This document shows positions 8,759-17,690 of a stretch of DNA of 32,000 nt, piece by piece (position 1 is the first letter of the stretch; each line of letters starts with the position of its first letter). The notes below the pieces were generated by a model that searched no databases, was not told the origin of the DNA, and was given only the letters and a program-made list of their open reading frames with translations. The translations under genes were made by a program, and so were the position numbers. Source of the DNA: Vibrio vulnificus CMCP6 (GTDB taxonomy: Bacteria > Pseudomonadota > Gammaproteobacteria > Enterobacterales > Vibrionaceae); assembly GCF_000039765.1 (NCBI RefSeq), contig NC_004459.3:2061127-2093126 (forward strand). Reading direction: 5' to 3'.

Positions 8759-9526
8759 TTATTCTACGCGACGCACTTGAATCACCATTCCAAGCAGTGG
8801 GTGATCGAGGTAGTGAGTTTCACCGCTACGCATACGGCGTTTTTGATCCATTCGATAGCTCTTTAAGAACTGCTCAACCGTCACTGTTGGTGTTACTTCG
8901 GTTAAGTTACCCAGCTGGACGTTGCCATCAACTTGACCTAACTGTTCGGCATTTTCTTCAAGCGGTGTGGCCTCTAGCGTAATTTCACGCACGCTTGGCT
9001 CTTTAAGATCCAACGCGGTTTCGATGAAAAGATAATGCTGAACATAAACCTGTAGCGTGCCGTCTAACTCGTAAAGCGGGTTGTCGATGCTCACTTCTGT
9101 AATGCCATCTAACGGTGCTTGCACAGCGGCCTGTTTTTCAGAACCGTCTGGGTTGTACTCTTTTGAGTAGTCTTTTCCTGCGCGAATACGGAAGATCGGC
9201 GCTGAACCTTTTCCTCGGTCACCTTGACGCCACGCTTTGTGCAGCAACACTTGGAAGCCAGCATGCTTCTCTAGTGCTTCTTTCTGCGATAACAGCTGGT
9301 AGCTAGAGTAAGGCAGCATAGAAACGCCTTTGCTCTGGCGGAACTGGGCATCCTGAAAATCGCCGGCATAAGTCATGGTGATCTCTGGCAATTGATTCGG
9401 CCAGGACTCATTAGTTTGCTCTGCATCTACGGCGCGTTTAAAGATGATCACTTCAACATCAAATTGTCTCTGTGCCCAAGAAGGCATTGAAACACAGAGT
9501 AGTAACAGAGGAATGAGAAATCTCAT
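8759..9526 (-). CDS. csiV: Secreted periplasmic protein, CsiV-like (PBP1A-pathway cell-wall factor of V. cholerae)
   Basis: The 255-aa protein has a cleavable signal peptide, MRFLIPLLLLCVSMPSWA|QRQ. It lies immediately downstream of mfd, where I recall V. cholerae csiV (VC1887) sits next to mfd (VC1886). The assignment rests on remembered synteny, not on a search. Confidence 0.6.
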   Translation of the reverse strand: MRFLIPLLLLCVSMPSWAQRQFDVEVIIFKRAVDAEQTNESWPNQLPEITMTYAGDFQDAQFRQSKGVSMLPYSSYQLLSQKEALEKHAGFQVLLHKAWRQGDRGKGSAPIFRIRAGKDYSKEYNPDGSEKQAAVQAPLDGITEVSIDNPLYELDGTLQVYVQHYLFIETALDLKEPSVREITLEATPLEENAEQLGQVDGNVQLGNLTEVTPTVTVEQFLKSYRMDQKRRMRSGETHYLDHPLLGMVIQVRRVE

Positions 9527-9533
9527 GGAATAA

Positions 9534-12500
9534 CTAGCTCACTGGTAATAAATTCTGGTTAAACTCATTCAGCAAATCTTGGATAAACTGAATACGTTGG
9601 CGTCTGTCCGTCAATGGTACGCTAAACTTAAACTTAGTTGGACCTTCCATTGCAAATTTTTTCGGCTGAGATTGCAGTAGTCTAACCAAATAAGCTGGGT
9701 TTATGTCAGCGTGTGGATAAAACTCGATAAATCCACCTTTGTCGTGAGCCTCGATCTTCTTCGCCTTGATTCGGTGGGCACTCAGTTTGAGCTCCGCGAC
9801 AGCAAGAAGATTTTTCGCCGCCTCCGGTAGTAAGCCGAATCGGTCGATGAGCTCGACTTTGACTTCGTTTAGCTCTTCTAAATCGGCCACACTGGCGACG
9901 CGTTTATACATCGACAAACGTGTGTTGACGTCTGGTATATAATCGTCTGGCAGCAAGGCTGGGATACGAATTTCCACCTCAGTTTGCTCGCGAAGTAGAT
10001 CATCCAGCGCAGGTTCTTTGCCTTCTTTCAATGCTTGCACGGCTTGCTCAAGCATCTCCATATACAGCGTAAAACCGATCGATTGAATTTGACCACTTTG
10101 CTCATCACCGAGCAGTTCACCCGCACCGCGAATTTCTAGATCGTGCGTGGCGAGGGTGAAACCGGCACCCAGATCTTCCAAAGAAGCGATGGCATCCAAG
10201 CGTTTAATGGCATCTTTGGTCATGGATTTCGGGTGTGGCGTGAGCAAGTACGCGTACGCTTGGTGGTGCGAGCGACCCACACGCCCACGGAGTTGGTGCA
10301 ACTGAGCAAGCCCGAGATTGTCTGCGCGATCCATGATGATGGTGTTGGCGGTTGGCACATCGATGCCCGTCTCGATGATGGTGGTACACACCAATAAGTT
10401 AAAGCGCTGATGGTAGAAATCGTTCATCACACGCTCCAACTCGCGTTCTCTCATTTGACCGTGAGCGATGGTGACGCGTGCCTCTGGCACCAGTTTGGTC
10501 AGGTCCTCTGCAACTTTCTCAATGGTTTCGACTTGGTTGTGTAAGAAGTACACTTGTCCACCACGCATGATTTCACGCAGAATCGCTTCGCGGACCACCG
10601 CATCGTCACTTTCGCGGACAAATGTTTTGATGGCTAAACGGCGAGCGGGTGGGGTGGCAATAATCGACAAATCGCGCATGCCACTCATCGCCATGTTGAG
10701 CGTTCGCGGAATTGGGGTGGCCGTGAGGGTGAGAATGTCGACATCGGCTCTCATTGCTTTCACTTTCTCTTTTTGGCGCACACCAAAGCGATGTTCTTCA
10801 TCGACGATCAACAATCCAAGATCACTGAACTTGAGGTCGGAAGAGAGCAGTTTGTGCGTGCCCACTAAGATATCGACCTTGCCGTTGGCCACATCTTCCA
10901 TGATCTGCTTTTGTTCTTTTGCCGACTTAAAACGCGACAGTACTTCGACGCGAATTGGCAGGTTGGCAAAACGATCACGGAAGTTTTCGAAATGCTGTTG
11001 AGCAAGCAGGGTGGTCGGGACCAAAACCGCCACTTGCTTGTCGTTATCGGTGGCAACAAACGCAGCGCGCATCGCCACTTCGGTTTTACCAAAACCTACA
11101 TCACCACACACTAAGCGGTCCATGGCTTTGGCTTGACACATGTCAGACAGCACCGCGTTGATGGCCATTGATTGGTCATCAGTCTCTTCAAATGGGAAAC
11201 CCGATTTAAAGGTCGCATATTGGCCACGATCCAAAACAAATTTGTAACCCGGTTTGAGTTCACGTTTGGCATAAACGTCCAAAAGCTCAGCGGCAACGTC
11301 TCGCACTTTCTCAGCGGCTTTGCGACGTGCTCTGGTCCAAGCATCGCTGCCCAGTTTGTGAATCGGCGCGCTCTCTTCTGCACCACCAGAGTATCGACTG
11401 ATTAAGTTAAGGGAAGCAACGGGCACGTAGAGCTTAGCTTCGTTTTGGTACTCAAGCATCACGTATTCAGCCTTGATCCCGCCAGCTTCAAGGGTTTCCA
11501 GGCCAATATAACGACCAATACCGTGGTCGATGTGTACCACAGGTTGCCCAGGTTTCAGCTCCGCCAGATGACGAATCACGGTATCGCTGTTGACGTTGCG
11601 CTTATCTTTTTTGCGACGTTGGATAACGCGATCGCCAAGCAAATCGCTTTCACAAATAAAGGCGAAGTTCAGCGTGTTGTGAATAAAACCGTGCTCACTG
11701 GCGCCAATGACCAAAGTGAATTTATGGTTATGTGCAAGGGCTTCACTGACTGAGGCACAAGCGTGTGGCTTGAGCTTAACGCCCTGTAGCAACTCACTGA
11801 GCGCTTCGCGACGCCCTTCCGATTCAACGGAAAAGATGATTTTGCCTGAGAAACTTTCACTAAACTGACGCAACTGCGCCAAAGGCTCTTTATTTTGCTG
11901 TTGCACCGCGAGAGTCGGCAGTGGGCTCAATGGCTGGTTGGAACGCCCGGCTTTTTCGTCGATGGCGTCAACACACAGCCAGGTTTGGCCAAAATTTTTC
12001 AGATGCGCATACAGTTCATCTTTTTTAAGCCAAAGTTGCTCTGGTTTCAGCAGTGGGCGCAGCGGGTCGACTTTTTTCTGATCGTAGCGGTAATCCACAT
12101 CCTTTAGGAAATGATCGATGGTGGGTTCGATATCCCCCAACACCAGCAGTTGTGAATCACGATTGATGTAGTCAAACAGCGTTTCCGTTTGTTCAAAGAA
12201 AAGGGGTTGCCAGTATTCAATCCCCGCAGGCCAAACGCCTTTGCTCACCTGCATATAGACCGATTCTGGCTCACGGCGGGCATCAAATTGGCTGCGCCAG
12301 CGGATACGAAACTCTTCTATTGCCGCCTCGGTGGTTGGGAACTCGTGCGCAGGCAGTAGGCGGATCTGCTGGATCTCTTCAATTGAACGTTGATTCTCAG
12401 GGTCGAACGTGCGAATGGTGTCGATTTCATCATCAAAGAAATCGATACGGTAAGGGTCACGACTGCCCATCGGAAAGAGATCAAGAATCGAACCGCGGCT

Positions 12501-12995
12501 AGCGTATTCCCCAGGGCCAAATACTTGATCAACATGACGGTAGCCAGAGTTATCAAGTTGTAGGCGCAGTTTTTCGAGCGAGTAGCGATCACCAACATTG
12601 ACCATCAAAGTATGTTGCAGCAGAAAATCGCGTGGAGATTGACGTTGCAGTAGCGTGCTCACCGGCACAATGGTAATGCCATCGGTCTGAGAGGGAAGCT
12701 GATATAACGTGGCGATACGATCGGAAATGATCTCTTGATGAGGAGAGAAGTTATCGTATGGCAGCGTTTCCCAATCGGGGAAAATCGTCACGTGAGCGGT
12801 GTAAAACTGCTCGATCTCGCTTTGCAACTTCAGCGCGGTTTGAGGATCTGGAACAATGAGAACCGTGTGGTTGGCATGGGTATTTGCCAGTTCGGCCACA
12901 GAAAGGGCCAGTGAGGCGCCAGGCAACTGGCCCAAGTATTTTTTGTCTCCCGCCCCTTTGGGCGTGGAGACTTGTAAAATCGGTTGATAAGTCAT
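9534..12995 (-). CDS. mfd: Transcription-repair coupling factor Mfd
   Basis: The 1153-aa protein has the Walker A motif GDVGFGKTEVA and the DEEHRFG box. Helicase motifs QLHQLRGRVGRS are present, as is a UvrB-homology N-terminal region. Confidence 0.97.
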   Translation of the reverse strand: MTYQPILQVSTPKGAGDKKYLGQLPGASLALSVAELANTHANHTVLIVPDPQTALKLQSEIEQFYTAHVTIFPDWETLPYDNFSPHQEIISDRIATLYQLPSQTDGITIVPVSTLLQRQSPRDFLLQHTLMVNVGDRYSLEKLRLQLDNSGYRHVDQVFGPGEYASRGSILDLFPMGSRDPYRIDFFDDEIDTIRTFDPENQRSIEEIQQIRLLPAHEFPTTEAAIEEFRIRWRSQFDARREPESVYMQVSKGVWPAGIEYWQPLFFEQTETLFDYINRDSQLLVLGDIEPTIDHFLKDVDYRYDQKKVDPLRPLLKPEQLWLKKDELYAHLKNFGQTWLCVDAIDEKAGRSNQPLSPLPTLAVQQQNKEPLAQLRQFSESFSGKIIFSVESEGRREALSELLQGVKLKPHACASVSEALAHNHKFTLVIGASEHGFIHNTLNFAFICESDLLGDRVIQRRKKDKRNVNSDTVIRHLAELKPGQPVVHIDHGIGRYIGLETLEAGGIKAEYVMLEYQNEAKLYVPVASLNLISRYSGGAEESAPIHKLGSDAWTRARRKAAEKVRDVAAELLDVYAKRELKPGYKFVLDRGQYATFKSGFPFEETDDQSMAINAVLSDMCQAKAMDRLVCGDVGFGKTEVAMRAAFVATDNDKQVAVLVPTTLLAQQHFENFRDRFANLPIRVEVLSRFKSAKEQKQIMEDVANGKVDILVGTHKLLSSDLKFSDLGLLIVDEEHRFGVRQKEKVKAMRADVDILTLTATPIPRTLNMAMSGMRDLSIIATPPARRLAIKTFVRESDDAVVREAILREIMRGGQVYFLHNQVETIEKVAEDLTKLVPEARVTIAHGQMRERELERVMNDFYHQRFNLLVCTTIIETGIDVPTANTIIMDRADNLGLAQLHQLRGRVGRSHHQAYAYLLTPHPKSMTKDAIKRLDAIASLEDLGAGFTLATHDLEIRGAGELLGDEQSGQIQSIGFTLYMEMLEQAVQALKEGKEPALDDLLREQTEVEIRIPALLPDDYIPDVNTRLSMYKRVASVADLEELNEVKVELIDRFGLLPEAAKNLLAVAELKLSAHRIKAKKIEAHDKGGFIEFYPHADINPAYLVRLLQSQPKKFAMEGPTKFKFSVPLTDRRQRIQFIQDLLNEFNQNLLPVS

Positions 12996-13004
12996 AATCG
13001 AATG

Positions 13005-13574
13005 TTATTTGGTATCTCTTTCTAGCGAACGTTGACGCAATAGACGTTGTTGTTGGTGTAAGGCCGCTTTGATTAATAGGTCTTGGTCTGAATCGCGAAG
13101 CAATACGTACTTCATTGTTACTTCATGTTGTTGATCTTTGGCTTCGCAACTGGCGACTTGCGCGTAGCAATAAATAGCCGCAGCGGGGCTTTCTAAGAAC
13201 AGTTTCACACGTGTAGAGCGACCAATCGCCATAGTGTCGGTGGACAAAAACGAAACCTGACTGGCACCAAAACGGGTGGTTTTGAAGCGAAGGTTTTCTT
13301 GGTCTTGCTGCGATAACATAAAGCTCAACAGCAAATTGAGTTTCGAATTTTGCGCATCCAGCAGGTTGATGACGTTTTTGAGATCGCTATTTTTCAGTTC
13401 AAGTCGTGCGCTTTCGGCTAACTGATCTAATTGGCTAAATTCACTCGCCACAATAAAAGGGGCTGGAATTTCCGCTTCAAAGGCCTCTAGGGAAGGCAGC
13501 AAATAGTGTTCAGGTAACAGCTCAACGTTGATCGTCAGCGTTGAATTTACGGTAAAAAACTCTTGTTCTGTCAT
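13005..13574 (-). CDS. plzB: PilZ-like protein (PlzB-like by position), canonical c-di-GMP motifs not evident
   Basis: ATG 13574 (MTEQEFFTVNST) gives 189 aa. It lies between mfd and lolC, where I recall V. cholerae plzB (VC1885). The ORF-track start at 13673 adds 33 unlikely residues. The family call rests on memory and synteny only. Confidence 0.55.
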   Translation of the reverse strand: MTEQEFFTVNSTLTINVELLPEHYLLPSLEAFEAEIPAPFIVASEFSQLDQLAESARLELKNSDLKNVINLLDAQNSKLNLLLSFMLSQQDQENLRFKTTRFGASQVSFLSTDTMAIGRSTRVKLFLESPAAAIYCYAQVASCEAKDQQHEVTMKYVLLRDSDQDLLIKAALHQQQRLLRQRSLERDTK

Positions 13575-13839
13575 GCTGTTATTCCCTTTTTGCCGATGGG
13601 ATTCTAAATAAGAATCTACAAGCTGTTGATTATCGCCAACTGGCGACGCTTGGCAAGCGATGTTATTTCGCACACCGTGATTTTCGCAAATTCGTTTTTT
13701 AAACCGAGAGCCCTATACGTTCTGTAACACGTAAATGGGCAAATTTGCTGTTAAATCTCAGACATATGAAATATTTTAGCTATATTCGTGCCAGTTTTCT
13801 GGTTACATTAGCCCGCTGAACTTATTGACGGTTTTTAGA

Positions 13840-15045
13840 ATGTTTCATCCTGTCTCTATATTTATTGGATTGAGATACCTGCGCGGACGCTCCGGTGACA
13901 GGTTTAGCCGATTTGTCTCCTATATGTCGACAGCTGGCATCACGGTTGGCGTGATGTCATTGGTCACGGTGTTATCGGTGATGAACGGCTTTGAGGCGCA
14001 ATTGAAAGAGCGCATTTTGGGTGTGTTGCCGCAAGCGGTGGTGTCGATGGATGGTGGAAAAACGCCGCACACCACGCCGCCTGACTTTGTACGTGCCTTG
14101 TCTCCTCACTATCAACCCACACCTTTGGTACGCAGTGAAGCGGTGATTCAAAGCCCTTCACAACTTTCTGTGGGTTACTTGATCGGTATTGAGCCTTCGG
14201 CAGACGATCCGATTGAAAACCATCTCATTGCCGGCCGCTTAAGCCAATTGGAAGCCGGCAAGTATCAAGTATTTCTCGGCCACTTTTTAGCACGATCATT
14301 AAATGTTTCAATGGGCGACAAAGTCCGTTTGATGGTGACCAGTGCCAGTCAGTTTACGCCATTAGGCCGCATTCCAAGCCAACGAAATTTTACCGTTGCA
14401 GGGATGTTTAATACCGGTTCGGATATTGATGGGCAGTTGATGGTGACGCACATTGAAGACGCGGGGCGTTTATTGCGTCTTCCGTCAAAGACCATTTCTG
14501 GCTGGCGACTCTATTTTGATGATCCTTTCCAAGTGACCGAAGCGGCCAATACGCCATTGCCTGATGGTTGGCAATGGAGCGATTGGCGAGCGCAACGTGG
14601 AGAGCTTTTCCAAGCGGTAAAAATGGAAAAGAACATGATGGGCTTAATGCTTGGACTCATTGTTGCTGTGGCGGCCTTTAATATCATTTCAGCGTTGATC
14701 ATGGTGGTGATGGAGAAACAATCTGAAGTCGCGATCTTAAAAACTCAGGGTATGAACAGCTTTGGCATTATGGCCATCTTTATGGTGCAAGGTGCCAGCA
14801 GCGGTATAATTGGTTCGCTCTTCGGTGGAGCCGTTGGTGTGCTCTTATCGCAAAATCTCAATACTATTCTCGAAACCGCAGGGGTTGCTTTGTTCACCTT
14901 TGGTGGTAGCTTGCCTGTGCTGATTCAACCATTTCAAATTGTCGCTGTGGTTGTGTTAGCCGTTTTATTGAGCCTGTTGGCGACGCTTTACCCTTCTTAC
15001 CGTGCATCTTCTGTTAAACCTGCTGAGGCCCTCAGATATGAATAA
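13840..15045 (+). CDS. lolC: Lipoprotein-release ABC transporter permease LolC
   Basis: ATG 13840 gives [27 protein letters not shown], colinear with the E. coli LolC N-terminus MYQPVALFIGLRYMRGR. The gene is first in the lolCDE order. The ORF-track TTG 13825 is a 5-codon extension. Confidence 0.9.
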   Translation: MFHPVSIFIGLRYLRGRSGDRFSRFVSYMSTAGITVGVMSLVTVLSVMNGFEAQLKERILGVLPQAVVSMDGGKTPHTTPPDFVRALSPHYQPTPLVRSEAVIQSPSQLSVGYLIGIEPSADDPIENHLIAGRLSQLEAGKYQVFLGHFLARSLNVSMGDKVRLMVTSASQFTPLGRIPSQRNFTVAGMFNTGSDIDGQLMVTHIEDAGRLLRLPSKTISGWRLYFDDPFQVTEAANTPLPDGWQWSDWRAQRGELFQAVKMEKNMMGLMLGLIVAVAAFNIISALIMVVMEKQSEVAILKTQGMNSFGIMAIFMVQGASSGIIGSLFGGAVGVLLSQNLNTILETAGVALFTFGGSLPVLIQPFQIVAVVVLAVLLSLLATLYPSYRASSVKPAEALRYE

Positions 15046-15721
15046 GCTTTTACAATGTCACCAAGTTAGCAAAATCTATCGAGAAGGGGAGTTTGAAACG
15101 GAAGTCCTCAAAGGGGTTGATTTCGAGCTAGAGCAAGGCGAGTTGGTCGCGATTGTCGGTACATCGGGGTCAGGCAAAAGTACTCTGCTGCATATTTTAG
15201 GTGCGCTTGATGATGCCACTCATGGTGAGGTCGCGTTTCTTGATTATCAGTTGTCTGCGTTAAGCGGTAATAAACAAGCACAAGTGCGCAATCAGCATCT
15301 GGGTTTTATCTATCAGTTTCACCATCTACTGGCGGATTTTACTGCAGTGGAAAATGTGGCGATGCCGTTACTGATTGGAGGGAAAAGTCCGAAGCAAGCG
15401 AAGTTAGCCGCCGAGGCATTGCTGGAAAAAGTGGGTTTGCAACATCGTATGCATCATCGTCCGTCAGAGTTGTCTGGTGGCGAACGTCAACGTGTCGCAA
15501 TTGCGCGGGCATTGGTCAATAAGCCTGCATTGGTGCTGGCGGATGAGCCTACGGGCAATTTGGACCACAAAACCGCGTTGCAAATTTACGATTTGATGCG
15601 CGAGCTCAATCGAGAATCCGGCACCGCGTTTTTAGTGGTGACGCACGATAACGAGCTCGCGGCAAAAATGGATAGAATCCTGTATATGCAAGATGGTGTG
15701 CTTGCGTCGGACAATCGTTAG
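15038..15721 (+). CDS. lolD: Lipoprotein-release ABC transporter ATPase LolD
   Basis: ATG 15038 overlaps the lolC stop (ATGAATAA). Motifs present are Walker [10 protein letters not shown], the signature LSGGERQR and Walker [11 protein letters not shown]. Confidence 0.95.
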   Translation: MNKLLQCHQVSKIYREGEFETEVLKGVDFELEQGELVAIVGTSGSGKSTLLHILGALDDATHGEVAFLDYQLSALSGNKQAQVRNQHLGFIYQFHHLLADFTAVENVAMPLLIGGKSPKQAKLAAEALLEKVGLQHRMHHRPSELSGGERQRVAIARALVNKPALVLADEPTGNLDHKTALQIYDLMRELNRESGTAFLVVTHDNELAAKMDRILYMQDGVLASDNR

Positions 15722-15732
15722 GAGACGGGTCG

Positions 15733-16977
15733 ATGTTTTCATCTTTGGCACTGTTGATTGGCCGTCGCTTTAGCCAAGCCAAACAACGTAACAAAATGGT
15801 GTCGTTTATTTCTCTCTCCTCGACCATCGGTATTGCGGTGGGCGTGGCGGTGATTATTATTGGTCTATCGGCAATGAATGGCTTTGAGCGCGAGTTGCAA
15901 TCTCGCGTGCTGTCGGTCATTCCACACGCGGAGCTGGAAGGCGTTCGTGCACCGGTGGAAAATTGGCAATCGGTGATGACTCAAGCGGTGGCCAACCCCA
16001 AAGTGGTGGCTGCGGCTCCTTATGTCAAATTTACCGGTTTGGTTGAGCGGGGCAACAAGCTCAAAGCGGTGGAAGTGAGAGGTGTCGAGCCAGATTTTGA
16101 ACAAGCGGTCTCGACCATGTCTCAATTTATTGACCAGCAAGCGTGGAGTCAGTTTTTACCGGGGCAAAATCAGGTCATTGTCGGGCGAGGCGTAGCAAAC
16201 GAGCTGGGTGTGGACGTTGGCGATTATGTCACCTTGTTGATTCCTCAAACCGGTGAAAGCACTAAAGTTCAAGCGCCTAAACGCGTTCGAGTCAAAGTGA
16301 CGGGTATGCTGACACTCAATGGTCAAATTGATCACAATTTAGTGTTGCTGCCGATGGCGGATGCACAGCAATACAATCATCTGGGTGAAGGTGTCACTGG
16401 CATTGCGCTGAAAACCAATGATGTGCTTAATGCACAAGCGATTGTGCGAGAAGTAGGACGACAGATTGACGTTTATGTCTACCTTCGTAGCTGGCAACAG
16501 CAGTTTGGTTTTTTGTATCGAGACATTCAACTCGTCAGAACCATCATGTACTTAGTCATGGTGCTAGTGATTGGGGTGGCGTGCTTTAACATTGTTTCCA
16601 CCTTGATGATGGCGGTGAAAGATCGTGCGAGCGAAATTGCCATTTTACGCACCATGGGGGCTGGCGATGGTTTGATTAAGCGCATTTTTGTCTGGCAAGG
16701 GGTGTTTTCTGGCGTGCTTGGCAGTGTGTTAGGCAGTGTTGTCGGTGTCTTAGTGGCGCTGAATCTTACCACTCTCATTAAGGGCCTTGAGCGAGTCATT
16801 GGTCATCAGTTTTTATCCGGTGACATTTACTTTGTCGATTTTTTGCCTTCTCAACTGCGTGTAGATGATGTGTTATTGGTGTCTGGCACGGCCATTGTTC
16901 TGAGTATTGTTGCCACTTGGTACCCAGCAGCACGGGCGGCAAAGCTTAAACCTGCCGCTGTACTGAGCAGCAAATAG
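15733..16977 (+). CDS. lolE: Lipoprotein-release ABC transporter permease LolE
   Basis: The 414-aa protein is a paralogue of LolC (FtsX-like/MacB-type permease). It lies 11 nt after lolD. Confidence 0.9.
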   Translation: MFSSLALLIGRRFSQAKQRNKMVSFISLSSTIGIAVGVAVIIIGLSAMNGFERELQSRVLSVIPHAELEGVRAPVENWQSVMTQAVANPKVVAAAPYVKFTGLVERGNKLKAVEVRGVEPDFEQAVSTMSQFIDQQAWSQFLPGQNQVIVGRGVANELGVDVGDYVTLLIPQTGESTKVQAPKRVRVKVTGMLTLNGQIDHNLVLLPMADAQQYNHLGEGVTGIALKTNDVLNAQAIVREVGRQIDVYVYLRSWQQQFGFLYRDIQLVRTIMYLVMVLVIGVACFNIVSTLMMAVKDRASEIAILRTMGAGDGLIKRIFVWQGVFSGVLGSVLGSVVGVLVALNLTTLIKGLERVIGHQFLSGDIYFVDFLPSQLRVDDVLLVSGTAIVLSIVATWYPAARAAKLKPAAVLSSK

Positions 16978-17001
16978 CCGACAACAGAATGATAGATAAA
17001 C

Positions 17002-17030
17002 AAAAGGACCAGAATGGTCCTTTTGTTTTA
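17002..17030. terminator. Bidirectional terminator between convergent lolE and the DUF2062 gene
   Basis: The stem is aaaaggacca (17002-17011) paired with tggtcctttt (17015-17024), with loop gaa. T-rich sequence lies downstream on both strands. Confidence 0.75.
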
Positions 17031-17172
17031 GGTGTCCGGTTAGCGATTGGCAACCTTGGTGTTTTTTCGTGGTCCACGAGATAAATCAAACTTTGATTAC
17101 CCGACGTTGCAATGGAAGTGGCATTTCTATCGGAAAATCACACTGACTCTCTGCAATGGAGGGTGAAGATCG

Positions 17173-17682
17173 TTATCTTGTTTGACGCTTTTGCCAACTT
17201 CTTACCACGGAATAACGCCACAAGCCTCGTATGCCAAAGTAGCCGACGATGGCAGAGACAACACCACAAATGGCGCAACCCAATAAAAATGGAGGACCAA
17301 TGGTACTCATTTGGTCGAGAATGAAATCCCAAGAGAGCTCAAAGTGAAATGGCTGCGGAGGCACGTTCATCACAAAGGCGCCGAGCTTATACGCAAAGTA
17401 GAACAGCACGGGCATGGTGACTGGGTTACTTACCCACACGAGAGCGACAGACAGTGGCAAATTTACGCCAAGAAAAATGGCTAACCCAGCAGACATGATC
17501 ATCTGGCTCGGCAGAGGGACAAACGCCATAAACAAACCAACGGCAAACGCACCCGCAGCGGAGCGACGATTCAAACACCATAGATTAGGGTTGTATAAAA
17601 CATTGCCGAACACTTTCAGCGCTTTTTGGCGTTTGATTACTTCATGGTCAGGCATAAAGCGTTTAATTAGCTTTCTAGGCAT
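17173..17682 (-). CDS. DUF2062-family inner-membrane protein
   Basis: ATG 17682 gives MPRKLIKRFMPDHEVIKRQ...NLWCLNRRSAAGAFAVGLFMAFVPLPSQM...WVSNPVTMP. This is the pattern I associate with DUF2062. The protein is 169 aa. The ORF-track TTG 17736 would extend into comEC. Confidence 0.8.
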   Translation of the reverse strand: MPRKLIKRFMPDHEVIKRQKALKVFGNVLYNPNLWCLNRRSAAGAFAVGLFMAFVPLPSQMIMSAGLAIFLGVNLPLSVALVWVSNPVTMPVLFYFAYKLGAFVMNVPPQPFHFELSWDFILDQMSTIGPPFLLGCAICGVVSAIVGYFGIRGLWRYSVVRSWQKRQTR

Positions 17683-17690
17683 GGGACAAC

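Noticed and set aside
17108-17160. A direct repeat TGCAATGGA at 17108-17116 and 17152-17160 in the DUF2062 3' region.
   Set aside because: It is a single 9-mer pair with borderline chance expectation (about 0.04 locally). There is no associated structure or ORF.
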